A stretch of 35,820 bases of DNA from Aquificaceae bacterium (GCA_037924335.1 JAXSMZ010000016.1:1-35820), one strand, 5' to 3'; shown: positions 25,606-35,652, counted from the stretch's first letter. Translations and numbers: made by a program. The notes: a model not told the origin generated them from the sequence alone.

Positions 25606-26970
25606 TTATCCTACGACTTCGTAAAACCTCCTTCTCCACTTGGCACCGAGCATTTTTGCCAAGGCTTCCGTCTTTTCCATATCTATTCCGTCGCAATCAA
25701 CGGCTGTAGCCACAACTTCAAAGCCTTCCTGCAAAGCTTTTCTGATAAATTCTAACACGTGCCTGAAGGCATCCTTTTGAGCAGGCTTACAAATTCTGCT
25801 GTAGGTTTCCTCATCGGGAGCGTTTAGGCTTACAGACCAAGTATCCACAAGCCCCTTTAGCTCCCTTAGCTTTTCTTCTGGTAGGAAGGTAAGCATAAGA
25901 CCGTTTGTATCCACCCTTATCTTTCCACCTTTTGACTTTACGTACCTGGCTATCTCCTCGAGGGCAGAAAACCTTAACGTTGGCTCTCCGTACCCACAGA
26001 AAACTATCTCTTCGTACTTGATTGGGTCTCCTATCTCTCTTATGACCTCCTCGACGCTTGGGTCCCTTGATGTCCAAACCCAGTAGCCTTTTATCATAAA
26101 GTTCCTCTCCCTTTCTCTCTGACAGAAGGTACAATGCAGGTTGCACTTGTTGGTCAGGTTTATGTAAAGCTTGTTGTTTATAACGTAAGTTATGGTGTCC
26201 ATTCCTCTGTTGTTTCCTATGTTAAAGAGTAGTTTAGCATTTTCGGTTGTCATCCTGTCTATGTCCTCAAGGGAAGAGTTTGGAATGATCTTTGCCATAA
26301 CTTCTGCAGTGTTCCATATGTAGGATGGTCTGTTGGTCCTTCCTCTGAACCTTTGGGGTGTTAAGAATGGGCTGTCTGTTTCTACTAGTATCCTTGTGGT
26401 TGGAGTTTTCTTTACTACATCCCTAAGGTTGTCTGCTCCCTTGTAAGTTATTATGCCGGAGTAAGATATGTAAAAGCCAAGGTCAACGCACTTTTTCATA
26501 AACTCGTAGCTTCCAGTAAAGCAGTGCATCACACCACCAACCTCGTAAGCCTTCTCCTCTCTTAAAACTTCAAGGGTCTTTCCCTCTGCATTCCTGCTGT
26601 GGACAACTATGGGAAGCCCCAGCTCCCTTGCTATGCTCACCTGTTTCCTGAAGATGTCCTCCTGCCTTTTCCTATCTGAGTAGTCCTTGTAAAAGTCCAA
26701 TCCCATCTCTCCGATTGCTTTTACCTTTTGGGTTTTTCTTGCAAGGTCTTTAAGCCAGAGGATGTCCTCATCCTTTACCTTTTCTGCCTCGTGGGGATGA
26801 AAGCCTATAGAACAGTAAACCTTTTGGTTCTCGCCACTAATTCTGATGGAGTTCTCTATGGTTTTTCTATCATAGCCTACAGTTATAAGGTAATCTAAGG
26901 AGTTGTCTCTTAGGCTATTCTCTAGGTCTTCCTTTTTTAGAAGGTCCAAATGACAATGAGTATCTATCAT
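25606..26970 (-). CDS. tatD: TatD-family nuclease fused to a TatD-associated radical SAM domain
   Basis: DTHCH, GFHPH, GEMGLD, VHSR, HCFTG, ETDSPF; then YINLTNKCNLHCTFC (CxxxCxxC), FCGYGEP, DTNG, VSLNA in one continuous frame. Confidence 0.9.
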   Translation of the reverse strand: MIDTHCHLDLLKKEDLENSLRDNSLDYLITVGYDRKTIENSIRISGENQKVYCSIGFHPHEAEKVKDEDILWLKDLARKTQKVKAIGEMGLDFYKDYSDRKRQEDIFRKQVSIARELGLPIVVHSRNAEGKTLEVLREEKAYEVGGVMHCFTGSYEFMKKCVDLGFYISYSGIITYKGADNLRDVVKKTPTTRILVETDSPFLTPQRFRGRTNRPSYIWNTAEVMAKIIPNSSLEDIDRMTTENAKLLFNIGNNRGMDTITYVINNKLYINLTNKCNLHCTFCQRERERNFMIKGYWVWTSRDPSVEEVIREIGDPIKYEEIVFCGYGEPTLRFSALEEIARYVKSKGGKIRVDTNGLMLTFLPEEKLRELKGLVDTWSVSLNAPDEETYSRICKPAQKDAFRHVLEFIRKALQEGFEVVATAVDCDGIDMEKTEALAKMLGAKWRRRFYEVVG

Positions 26971-26972
26971 AA

Positions 26973-29900
26973 TTACTTTAATATATCCCTTTGCACCTCC
27001 TCGGGAGAAGGTAGTACGGCAAGTCTTTTTATCTTGGAAGCATAGTACATGATAGGAATGAGTACAAGGGTTAAGATGGTTGAGCCTATTGTCCCAAAGA
27101 TCAGGGATATGGCAAGACCGTTAAAGATTGGGTCAAAGAGTATCACAAAGGCCCCCACTGCAACTGCAATGGCAGTAAGGAGTATGGGACGTGTTCTTAT
27201 AACCCCTGCTTCCACTATAGCTAAGTGGGGCGGTACACCGTCCCTTATCCTTTCCTCTGCAAAGTCCACAAGGAGTATGGAGTTTCTCACTATTATTCCA
27301 GCCAAAGCTATAAAACCTATCATGGACGTTGCTGTAAAGAATGCTCCCATAAGCCAGTGTCCCGGGATTATACCGACGAGCGTCAGGGGGATGGGAGCCA
27401 TGATTATTCCTGGGATCCTAAAGTCCTTGAACCATCCAAGGATAAGAACATACATGACAAAAAGAGCCACGGCAAAGGCAAGCCCCAGATCTCTAAAAAC
27501 TTCTAAGGTTATGTGCATCTCCCCATCCCACTTTACATATATACCATCTTCTATAAGAGGTAAGGACATCCAAAGCTCTTTTACCTTGCCATAAGGATTG
27601 GGAAGGTCAAGGACCCTTTTTCTCACATCCATGATGCCATAAAATGGAGCTTCCTCTCTCCCCGAGACGTCACCTATAACGTAAAAAACTCTTCTTAAGT
27701 TTTTATGGTATATGGTAGTTGGAGCTGTGTCTTCTTTTACATTAACTAACTCAGAAAGGGAGACAAGCTTACCATCTTTTGTTGGCACCTTGAGAGTTTT
27801 AAGAAGGTCAAGAGTTCTGTACTTTTCATCAAATCTTATAACTATGGGGACTTGCTCCGTGGTAGTTGTTTGAATGATCCCAGCTTGATATCCACCTATA
27901 AGGGCCTGAAGCGTGTAAACAAGCTCCTCTTTGTTTAACCCAGCAAGTTTTAGCTTGTCCTCCTTTGGTATAAGCTTTATGAGTGGTGATGGCTCCTCAA
28001 GATATATCCCTGCGTCAGTTATGGATGGAGAATCTTTAAAAACTCTTAGGACACCCTCAGCAAAGCTTTCTTGAGTTTTCATGTCTGGACCATAGACTTC
28101 TGCCACGATGGGAGAAAGAACTGGTGGACCAGGGGGAACTTCAACTACGGCCACATACTTAGCTCCATAAGCCCTTGCTATCTCATGAACCTTAGGTCTT
28201 ATGAGTTTGGCAAAGTCGTGCGATTGTTCCTTACGATGATGCTTTCCTATAAGGTTTACCTGAATGTCCGCTAAGTTTGTACCCTGTCTCAAGTAATAGT
28301 GCCTTACAAGACCATTAAAGTTAAAAGGAGAAGATGTCCCAGCATATATCTGGTAATTCTTTACTATGCTTTGCCTTGATATATAGTCTCCAATGGCTCT
28401 TGCAGCCTCTAAGGTTTTTTCAAGGGATGTCCCCTCTGGCATATCCAAGACTATCTGAAGCTCACTTTTATTGTCATAGGGGAGCATTTTTACTACAACC
28501 GCTTTTGTGATGAAAAGACCAACGGACATAAAAAGCAGCAGAAGGGTAAGAGAGTAGAAAAGGTATCTTTTAGGCTTGCTTACGATCAATGGAACCATAA
28601 CCCTTGAATATACCCTCCAAAAGAAGGTTTCTTTTATGTTTATCTCTTTGTGCTTTTCTTTTTCATCGTGTTTTAATAGCCTGTAGGATGCCCAAGGTGT
28701 TATTACAAAAGCAACCAAAAGCGAGAAGAACATAGCAACAGATGCGTTTATAGGTATGGGGCGCATGTATGGTCCCATAAGACCCGTAACAAAAGCCATA
28801 GGCATAAGGGCAGCTATAACGGTAAAGGTGGCAAGGATGGTGGGATTTCCCACCTCATCAGTAGCTCTGACTACAGCCTCTCTTGGTGTCTTTGCAAGCT
28901 TTAGCTCAAACCATCTGTGTATGTTTTCAACCACAACTATGGCATCGTCCACAAGTATCCCTATAGCAAAGATAAGAGCAAAGAGCGTAACCCTGTTTAG
29001 GGTAAATCCATAAAGCTCACTTAGGAACAGAGCTATTGCCAGAGTTATAGGAACAGCTATGCCTATAACTACAGCTTCCCTCACACCCAAAGCAACGGCT
29101 ATCAAAAGAGTTACAGAGAACGTAGCTATGAAGAGATGTTCTAAGAGTTCGTCAGCTTTTTCTTTGGCTGTCTCTCCGTAGTTTCTCGTAACAGTAATGT
29201 TAACATCTTTGGGGATTACATTGCCCTTAAGATGGTTAACAAGCTTAAGCACATCGCTAGCCACATCCACTGCGTTAGTCCCAGTCCTCTTTGAGACTGC
29301 TATCGTTACCCCAGGATAAAGGCTATGGTTTTTCTCAGCGGGTCCAAATCCCATAAGGACATAGTCCTTTATCTCAGAAGGTCCATCAATGATAGTGGCC
29401 ACATCCTTCAAATAGACAGGCTTTCCATTAAAAACTCCAACAATTAAGTTCTCTACATCCTCTTTGGATTTCAAAAATTCACCAGTTCTTATCACGTACA
29501 CTTTGTTATTCTGCGTAATACTTCCACTTATGCTCTGTAAATTGGCACTCTTTATTACCTGAGCCATGTAAAGCGGCGATATTCTATAGGCTTGTAGCCT
29601 AACTGGGTCAAGAACTATTCTCATTTCTCTTGACCTTCCACCCACAAGGAAAACGTCAGCCACATTGCTTATCTTTTTTATTTCATTTTCAACGGTTGAG
29701 GCAAGAAGTCTAAGGTCATACCCATCGTAAGAAGGGCCCCAAAGGGTAAGCGTCAGAATGGGTACATCATCTATGGATTTTGGTTTTATGAGGGGCGGAA
29801 GGACTACCCCAGGGGGTGCCAAGTCCAAGGCAGACATCATCTTTGTGTTTAAATCCACAAGCGATTTAACCGGATTGGTACCCACATAAAACCTGGCAGT

Positions 29901-30185
29901 GACAACCGCCTTCCCTTCCATGGAGGCAGAGTATATGTACTCTATGTCTTTGAGCTCCCAGAGTTTCTTCTCAAGGGGTGTAACCACTCTTCTTTCTACT
30001 TCCTCCGGTGTCGCCCCAGGATACTGTATAAAGATATCGATCATAGGCACCACAATCTGGGGCTCTTCCTCTTTTGGTGTAGTTATGACGGCAAAAAAGC
30101 CAAGAGCCAAAGCAACGATTATCAATAGGGGTGTTAGCTTGGAATCTACAAAGTAGCTGGCTAGTCTGCCGGCCAATCCGTACAT
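26973..30185 (-). CDS. RND efflux permease subunit (AcrB/CusA superfamily)
   Basis: 1070 aa; YPGATPEEVE, GILVDDAIVVVEN, GIIVRNSILLVD, RTRPILLT. Confidence 0.95.
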   Translation of the reverse strand: MYGLAGRLASYFVDSKLTPLLIIVALALGFFAVITTPKEEEPQIVVPMIDIFIQYPGATPEEVERRVVTPLEKKLWELKDIEYIYSASMEGKAVVTARFYVGTNPVKSLVDLNTKMMSALDLAPPGVVLPPLIKPKSIDDVPILTLTLWGPSYDGYDLRLLASTVENEIKKISNVADVFLVGGRSREMRIVLDPVRLQAYRISPLYMAQVIKSANLQSISGSITQNNKVYVIRTGEFLKSKEDVENLIVGVFNGKPVYLKDVATIIDGPSEIKDYVLMGFGPAEKNHSLYPGVTIAVSKRTGTNAVDVASDVLKLVNHLKGNVIPKDVNITVTRNYGETAKEKADELLEHLFIATFSVTLLIAVALGVREAVVIGIAVPITLAIALFLSELYGFTLNRVTLFALIFAIGILVDDAIVVVENIHRWFELKLAKTPREAVVRATDEVGNPTILATFTVIAALMPMAFVTGLMGPYMRPIPINASVAMFFSLLVAFVITPWASYRLLKHDEKEKHKEINIKETFFWRVYSRVMVPLIVSKPKRYLFYSLTLLLLFMSVGLFITKAVVVKMLPYDNKSELQIVLDMPEGTSLEKTLEAARAIGDYISRQSIVKNYQIYAGTSSPFNFNGLVRHYYLRQGTNLADIQVNLIGKHHRKEQSHDFAKLIRPKVHEIARAYGAKYVAVVEVPPGPPVLSPIVAEVYGPDMKTQESFAEGVLRVFKDSPSITDAGIYLEEPSPLIKLIPKEDKLKLAGLNKEELVYTLQALIGGYQAGIIQTTTTEQVPIVIRFDEKYRTLDLLKTLKVPTKDGKLVSLSELVNVKEDTAPTTIYHKNLRRVFYVIGDVSGREEAPFYGIMDVRKRVLDLPNPYGKVKELWMSLPLIEDGIYVKWDGEMHITLEVFRDLGLAFAVALFVMYVLILGWFKDFRIPGIIMAPIPLTLVGIIPGHWLMGAFFTATSMIGFIALAGIIVRNSILLVDFAEERIRDGVPPHLAIVEAGVIRTRPILLTAIAVAVGAFVILFDPIFNGLAISLIFGTIGSTILTLVLIPIMYYASKIKRLAVLPSPEEVQRDILK

Positions 30186-30186
30186 A

Positions 30187-31305
30187 TCAGCCTCCTAACC
30201 TACATCCATCACAGGCTTTCTCTATCCCTTCCACCACTATCTTCTCCCCCTCTTTTAGACCAGAGAGGACTTCCAATTTATCACCCCTCTTTTCCCCAAG
30301 CTTTACAAACCTCAGCTCCAATGTGTTGTCTGGCTTTACCACCCAAACACCAGTAAAATCAAACCTTTTGACTATACTGCTCTCTGGCACCAAAAGTGCT
30401 TTCCTTTTCTCTGGAAGCAAAAGCCTTGCGTACATACCGCTTTTCAATCCATCAGCCTTATCAAGCAGAAGTTTGACCTTAAATGTTCTAGTAGAAGGGT
30501 CAATGGATGGAGGGATCTCAACAACAGTACCATTTATCTCCATACTCAATCCATCCACGTAAACTCTATAACTGTCTCCCAGCTTTATCCTGTTTATGTA
30601 AACCTCCGGAAGGTTCACTTCAAACTTGTACGGTGGCTTCTCTATTATCAAGAGGGGAGTGCCTGGAACTGCTATGTCACCAACATCTACGTTCTTCGCA
30701 ACAACATAACCATCGAAGGGAGCTACCAGAGAAGTGTAGTTCAAATTGGAAGCTATGGCTTGTCTTTGAAACTGGGAAGCTCTTATTGCAGCTTTAGCCT
30801 GCTCTAAAGAAGCCTGTGAAGCGTCGTACTTTGCCTTTATCTGGTCAAACTCCTGCTGGGTTATTGCCTGCTCTCTGAGTAGAGAAAGGTACCTCTCGTA
30901 GGTTTTCTTTGTGGCTTCATGCTGGGCAATAGCTGCTCTGTAAGCTTCCTCTGCTTGCCTTATCTGTTCGTTGCTTGCTTTCAGCTGTGCCTCAACATCT
31001 TTGCTGTCTATGTTCATAAGTAGCTGTCCGCTCCTTACCCTATCACCTTCTTTTACCTTGACGTTCTTTACAGTTCCCATAATCCTTGTTGATATATCAG
31101 CAATTTTGTCAGCCACAACGTTTCCAGTATAGTATACGTATACCTCATCTGTTTTTTCTACAGTAGCAAGCTTGAGTCCACTAACCTTTTTAGCCTCTGG
31201 CTTTATCTCCTCAGTTTTCTCCCTGTGTTCAAAAACACCAGCAAGCCACATTACAACCAAGGATATGACAAATACAAAACCCAAGTATTTGGCGTACCTT
31301 TTCAT
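30187..31305 (-). CDS. RND periplasmic adaptor (membrane fusion protein)
   Basis: N-terminal TM, VKEGDRV..GQLL, coiled hairpin, APFDGYV, IDPSTRTF, GLKEGEKIVVEG. Confidence 0.93.
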   Translation of the reverse strand: MKRYAKYLGFVFVISLVVMWLAGVFEHREKTEEIKPEAKKVSGLKLATVEKTDEVYVYYTGNVVADKIADISTRIMGTVKNVKVKEGDRVRSGQLLMNIDSKDVEAQLKASNEQIRQAEEAYRAAIAQHEATKKTYERYLSLLREQAITQQEFDQIKAKYDASQASLEQAKAAIRASQFQRQAIASNLNYTSLVAPFDGYVVAKNVDVGDIAVPGTPLLIIEKPPYKFEVNLPEVYINRIKLGDSYRVYVDGLSMEINGTVVEIPPSIDPSTRTFKVKLLLDKADGLKSGMYARLLLPEKRKALLVPESSIVKRFDFTGVWVVKPDNTLELRFVKLGEKRGDKLEVLSGLKEGEKIVVEGIEKACDGCRLGG

Positions 31306-32615
31306 CTTTCTACCTCCCTAAGTACACCACCGTAGTAAAGAAGGTTAGAGTAGGATTTTTGACAGGCATTAAGGGCTTTTATACGGTCAAACCTTGCCCT
31401 GTCTAACTCTGTCTGGGCATCCAGAAGGTCTATCATCCTTGCAATACCAGCCTTGTACCTTAGTTCTATAACTCTCACAACCTCTTCACTTTCTTTTACC
31501 CTCTCTTCGGCAGACCTCAATGAAAGGAGGGAGTTTTGGTACTCTGCGTAAGCCTTATCTATATCAAAAAGCACAGAATCTTTTAGAAGGTTTAGCTTAT
31601 CCTCCAAGGACTTCTTTCTTTCAAGGTTTGCCTGAGCTCTTCTTAGAGTGGAAAGCCCAGTATCAAAAGCCCAAGATGCACCAAAACCTACCATGTAGCC
31701 CTTACCATCGGAGCCAAAAGGTGAGCTTTTGCTGTAAAGGGAGTAAGAGCCAAAGGCATAAAGCTGTGGCAGGTTGTCAGATAGCGTTATTCTGTACGCT
31801 TCCTCCATGGCTTTTATCCTTTCGGATAGAGCCTTTATATCTTTCCTATTTTCCAAAGCTTTTGACCTTATGCCCTGAATGTCTACAGTTGGGCAGGTGT
31901 CTATGTTGATAACTTCAAAATCTCCAAGCTTTGTGTTAGATACGAGCTCTATAGCCCTTTTGGCAACCTTATAGCTGTTTTCTGATGAAGATAGCATTTC
32001 CTCAGCCTTGGAAAGATATACCTTAGCTCTCAGAACGTCCGAAAGCAAAGCTATGCCTACTTCGTGCATGCTCTCTGCAAGCTTAACATGCTCCTTTGCA
32101 TCGGCAACAGCTTGCTTTGCCACATCAATAGATTCCTTAGCCAATACGGCATCCAAATAGGCATGGTAAGCTCTAAGAAGCACATCCTCTTGCTTCTTCT
32201 CGTAATCCCACTTAGTAGCAAAAAGGTTGTGTTCGCCTGCCCTTTTCATAGCCTGTATCTTTCCACCTAACCAAATGGGAACATCTAAGCTCAGCTTTGT
32301 TTCAAAGTTACTCACAGAAGTGGGTTTGTTTAATCTGCTTGGTTCAAAATCTTGGAACCCAATCCTTCCCTGATTGAGCTTGGACATAAAGGCATAAGCT
32401 GGTATATCAGTCCTTGTAAAGGTCTCTTCTGCTTTGAATCTTGGAAGGTAAGCACCTTTAGCAGCCTTTAACTCAAGGTTTGTAGCCTCCACTTCCTTCT
32501 CAGCAGACTTTAATTCCAGACTGTTCTCTAACGCAAGCTTTAGAACCTCTTCAAGCGTGAACTCCTTTGCATGAAGCACACCAAAAAGCAGGAGCATCAG
32601 AAACGCTTTCCTCAT
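31302..32615 (-). CDS. TolC-family outer-membrane efflux channel
   Basis: Signal peptide, LEEVLKLALENS, AYLP, duplicated helical repeats, RYKAG...DLLDAQ. Confidence 0.92.
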   Translation of the reverse strand: MRKAFLMLLLFGVLHAKEFTLEEVLKLALENSLELKSAEKEVEATNLELKAAKGAYLPRFKAEETFTRTDIPAYAFMSKLNQGRIGFQDFEPSRLNKPTSVSNFETKLSLDVPIWLGGKIQAMKRAGEHNLFATKWDYEKKQEDVLLRAYHAYLDAVLAKESIDVAKQAVADAKEHVKLAESMHEVGIALLSDVLRAKVYLSKAEEMLSSSENSYKVAKRAIELVSNTKLGDFEVINIDTCPTVDIQGIRSKALENRKDIKALSERIKAMEEAYRITLSDNLPQLYAFGSYSLYSKSSPFGSDGKGYMVGFGASWAFDTGLSTLRRAQANLERKKSLEDKLNLLKDSVLFDIDKAYAEYQNSLLSLRSAEERVKESEEVVRVIELRYKAGIARMIDLLDAQTELDRARFDRIKALNACQKSYSNLLYYGGVLREVER

Positions 32616-32631
32616 CTTTACCCAAAATATA

Positions 32632-32661
32632 ATTATATTCTAATTTTCTTATTTCTGTCAA
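32632..32661 (-). promoter_or_regulatory. Sigma70 promoter for the tolC-MFP-RND-tatD unit, within the murF 3' end
   Basis: Minus strand TTGACA (32661-32656), 18 nt, TATAAT (32637-32632). Confidence 0.65.
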
Positions 32662-33961
32662 TAAGACCTTCCACTATATCTTCCATTCTCATACCCCTTG
32701 AACCCTTTACCAGTATAAAACTCCTTGGTCTTTTTACTATCATCAGATGGTCCATTATCTCCTCCTTTTCTTTGAAAAAATAACACTCTTCTTTTCTTCT
32801 GATACACTCTTCAAAGGCGTATAGCATCTCCTTGCCGTAGAAGATGCATTCGTCTATATCAAGGTCAGCACATAGCTTTCCTATATCCCTGTGGTGCTTT
32901 TCTGACGTGGGTCCAAGCTCTAGCATATCACCAAGAAGGGCAACCTTGTATCCATCGAAGAGAGAAAGGGTTTCAAGAGCCTTTTTAACAGATGGTGGGT
33001 TGGCATTATAGGTGTCATCTAAGATAATAAAGTTTTCCTCCTTTATTACTCTGAACCTTCCACTTACAGGCTCAAATCTCTCAAAATCTTCTAAGAACTC
33101 TCTCCAGTCGTAGCCAAGAGCCTTCAAAACCCCTATGGAACAGAGGGCATTTTCCAAAAGTCCAAGGCTTGGAGTTCTCATAAAAACCCTTACACCATCC
33201 ACTGAAAACTCCATACCATCTTCCCATATACGAAACCTCTCGGCTTTTACATCCCCACTTTTTCCGAAGGTGAACTTGTTTTTCACATCGTAGCAATGGG
33301 ACACGTAGTCTGGAACAACTGCCCAACCTACATTGTCAAAATCTTGGAATATCTCTCCGTTCCCAGAGATCACATCATCAAGGCAACCAAAGGTTTCCAG
33401 ATGCTCCTCACCAATTGCCGTTATCACCCCTACGTTGGGCTTTACTATCTTCGTGAGATTCTTTACATCTCCCCTCTTACTTGCTCCCATCTCCACAACC
33501 CAAAAGTGGCAATCCTCCTCAAAGTTTGCCAAAGAGAGTGGAACACCTATCTGGGAATTGTAATTTTTTGGAGTCCTACACACCTTTCCTCTCTTAGAAA
33601 GCAGAAAAGCCAAAAGCTCTTTGGTTGTAGTCTTGCCTGCTGAGCCTACAACACCTATAACCTTTCCCTTAAACCTCTCCCTTTTGAAAATGGCTATATC
33701 TCTTAGAGCCTCAAGAGTATCATCAACAAGCACTAAAAACTTACCCTTTGGAACTTCCACCAACCTTTGGGATAAGGCTCCGCTTGCTCCTCTTTGTAAA
33801 GCCTCCTGTATGAAGGAGTGTCCGTCATGCCTTTGCCCTTTTATGGCAACAAAGATCTCTCCAAATTTTATCTCCCTGCTGTCTGCACAGAAGCCTTTAA
33901 AATCCCCATCTTGACCTATGAGCCTTCCTTTTACTGTACGGGCTACTTCTGAAGCTCTCAC
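32633..33961 (-). CDS. murF: UDP-MurNAc-tripeptide:D-Ala-D-Ala ligase
   Basis: DSR, DGH, GSAGKTTTK, NSQIGVP, VEMG, DDTYNANP, LGDMLELG, VKGSRG. Confidence 0.95.
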   Translation of the reverse strand: MRASEVARTVKGRLIGQDGDFKGFCADSREIKFGEIFVAIKGQRHDGHSFIQEALQRGASGALSQRLVEVPKGKFLVLVDDTLEALRDIAIFKRERFKGKVIGVVGSAGKTTTKELLAFLLSKRGKVCRTPKNYNSQIGVPLSLANFEEDCHFWVVEMGASKRGDVKNLTKIVKPNVGVITAIGEEHLETFGCLDDVISGNGEIFQDFDNVGWAVVPDYVSHCYDVKNKFTFGKSGDVKAERFRIWEDGMEFSVDGVRVFMRTPSLGLLENALCSIGVLKALGYDWREFLEDFERFEPVSGRFRVIKEENFIILDDTYNANPPSVKKALETLSLFDGYKVALLGDMLELGPTSEKHHRDIGKLCADLDIDECIFYGKEMLYAFEECIRRKEECYFFKEKEEIMDHLMIVKRPRSFILVKGSRGMRMEDIVEGLIDRNKKIRI

Positions 33962-33982
33962 AGTATAATATTGTATGCTGAT

Positions 33983-34426
33983 ATGAGACAGGCCTTCAAT
34001 TTTTCGCTGTTCCTTACAGCTCTGCTCTTTATCTTTAACTCTTGTTTTGCCTTCTATGAATGCTTTTTTGACGCTGGGAAGAGATACAACGTAGACCCTT
34101 ACCTTCTTGCTGCCATAGCCAAGGTGGAAAGCAACTTTAACCCAAAGGCAGTCAACTTAAACAGGAACGGAACAGAGGATCACGGCATCATGCAGATAAA
34201 CTCTTACTGGATAAGGACTTACAAAATACCAATGGAATGGATAGAGAATCCATGCTACAACATACACTTTGGTGCTATGGTACTAAGAAGGTGCTTGGAC
34301 CTAAAGGGAAATGACCTATACCTTGCCATAGACTGCTATAACAGGGGCTCAAAGGCTAGCAGGAACAGTCAGTATGTGCTCAAAGTTTACGAAAGCTATG
34401 CAAGAATAAAGAAGATAAGCCAGTGA
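33983..34426 (+). CDS. Lytic transglycosylase (SLT domain, secreted)
   Basis: AIAKVESNF (catalytic Glu), GIMQIN, YN motif; signal peptide; start placed at ATG 33983. Confidence 0.88.
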   Translation: MRQAFNFSLFLTALLFIFNSCFAFYECFFDAGKRYNVDPYLLAAIAKVESNFNPKAVNLNRNGTEDHGIMQINSYWIRTYKIPMEWIENPCYNIHFGAMVLRRCLDLKGNDLYLAIDCYNRGSKASRNSQYVLKVYESYARIKKISQ

Positions 34427-35290
34427 TCAGGATGATGCCATCTCTCTTATACTTTCTACAACGCTTCTTATTATCCAATCTGGAGTAGATGCTCCAGCCG
34501 TTATACCAATTCTTTTGACTCCCTTAAACCATTCATCTTTTAGCTCTTGGGAAGTCTCTATGTGATATGCTCTTGGGTTGAGAGACTTGGAGATCTCATA
34601 GAGCCTCCTCGTGTTTCCACTGTTCTTCCCACCTATCACTATCATAACATCCACCCTTGGTGCAAGGCGATAAACGTCCTCCTGTCTCTCCGATGTGGCA
34701 TTGCATATTGTGTTTATAACTTTCACCTCCTTTGACCAGAGACAGACTTCACCGACAACTTCCTTAAAGAGCTGTTCGTTCTGAGTTGTCTGTGCAACTA
34801 TCCCTACCCTCTCTTTTCCCAGCACTGCCTTTAGGTCTTCGTGGCTCTCTACAACAACACCATCACCTCCAGCTTCCTGCAGGTATCCCCATGTGCCTAT
34901 AACCTCTGGATGGTTTTTCTCCCCCACTATGACCACAAAGTAGCCCTCCTTTGATAGTCTTACAACAGCTTCATGAACAGCCTTCACATAGGGACATGTG
35001 GCATCTATAACGTTAAGACCTCTCTTTATGAGCTCCCTTTCTTTGTTTGGTGGCAGACCGTGGGAACGTATGATAACTGTGCTTCCACTCTCTAACATGC
35101 TTTCATCCTTGAGAACTTCTATGCCTTGCCTTCTTAGCCTTTCCACTTCTTGTGGGTTGTGTATCAAAGGACCTATGGAAAGGACTTGCCTTCCATTCTT
35201 TGCGTATTGAGAGGCTTTCTCTGCAAGGTTTATAGCCCTTTTTACTCCAAAACAGAAACCAGCATACTCTGCAATTACTATCTCAACCAT
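34427..35290 (-). CDS. ispH: 4-hydroxy-3-methylbut-2-enyl diphosphate reductase
   Basis: GFCFGV, IHNP, RSHG, DATCPYV, QTT, TICNAT, SGNT, GITAGASTP. Confidence 0.96.
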   Translation of the reverse strand: MVEIVIAEYAGFCFGVKRAINLAEKASQYAKNGRQVLSIGPLIHNPQEVERLRRQGIEVLKDESMLESGSTVIIRSHGLPPNKERELIKRGLNVIDATCPYVKAVHEAVVRLSKEGYFVVIVGEKNHPEVIGTWGYLQEAGGDGVVVESHEDLKAVLGKERVGIVAQTTQNEQLFKEVVGEVCLWSKEVKVINTICNATSERQEDVYRLAPRVDVMIVIGGKNSGNTRRLYEISKSLNPRAYHIETSQELKDEWFKGVKRIGITAGASTPDWIIRSVVESIREMASS

Positions 35291-35652
35291 AGTAAAAAAA
35301 TATAATTAAAAGCCACAGAAAGGGGGCAAGAGGGTTATTTTCTGAAGAGTCTTCTAACGGCCACGAGGAAAGGTAGGAACAGGTAAAGGAAAGTATTGAT
35401 TGGACTTGCACCAGCGGGCCAGTTTCCTTGACATATATCCTTGCAGAAGTGCCGTCAGCCGTGTAGATTATCACATGCGCATCCTTAAAGGTACAGTAGT
35501 TGCTAGTCCAAGAGTTACCCTTATGCTCCTGCAAGGACTGTACCCTGCATTGAGCTCAAGTATAAAGTTTTGCTCTTGGGAAAGGAAAAAACAGTCCCCT
35601 TTTTATAGAAATTTATTCTACCATTGCAGGGGTTTAGAAGGACTTTCTTTTC

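Noticed and set aside
27049..34000. Opposite-strand and alternative-frame ORFs over the RND, MFP, TolC and murF genes
   Set aside because: Shadows of well-supported genes, with no motifs of their own.
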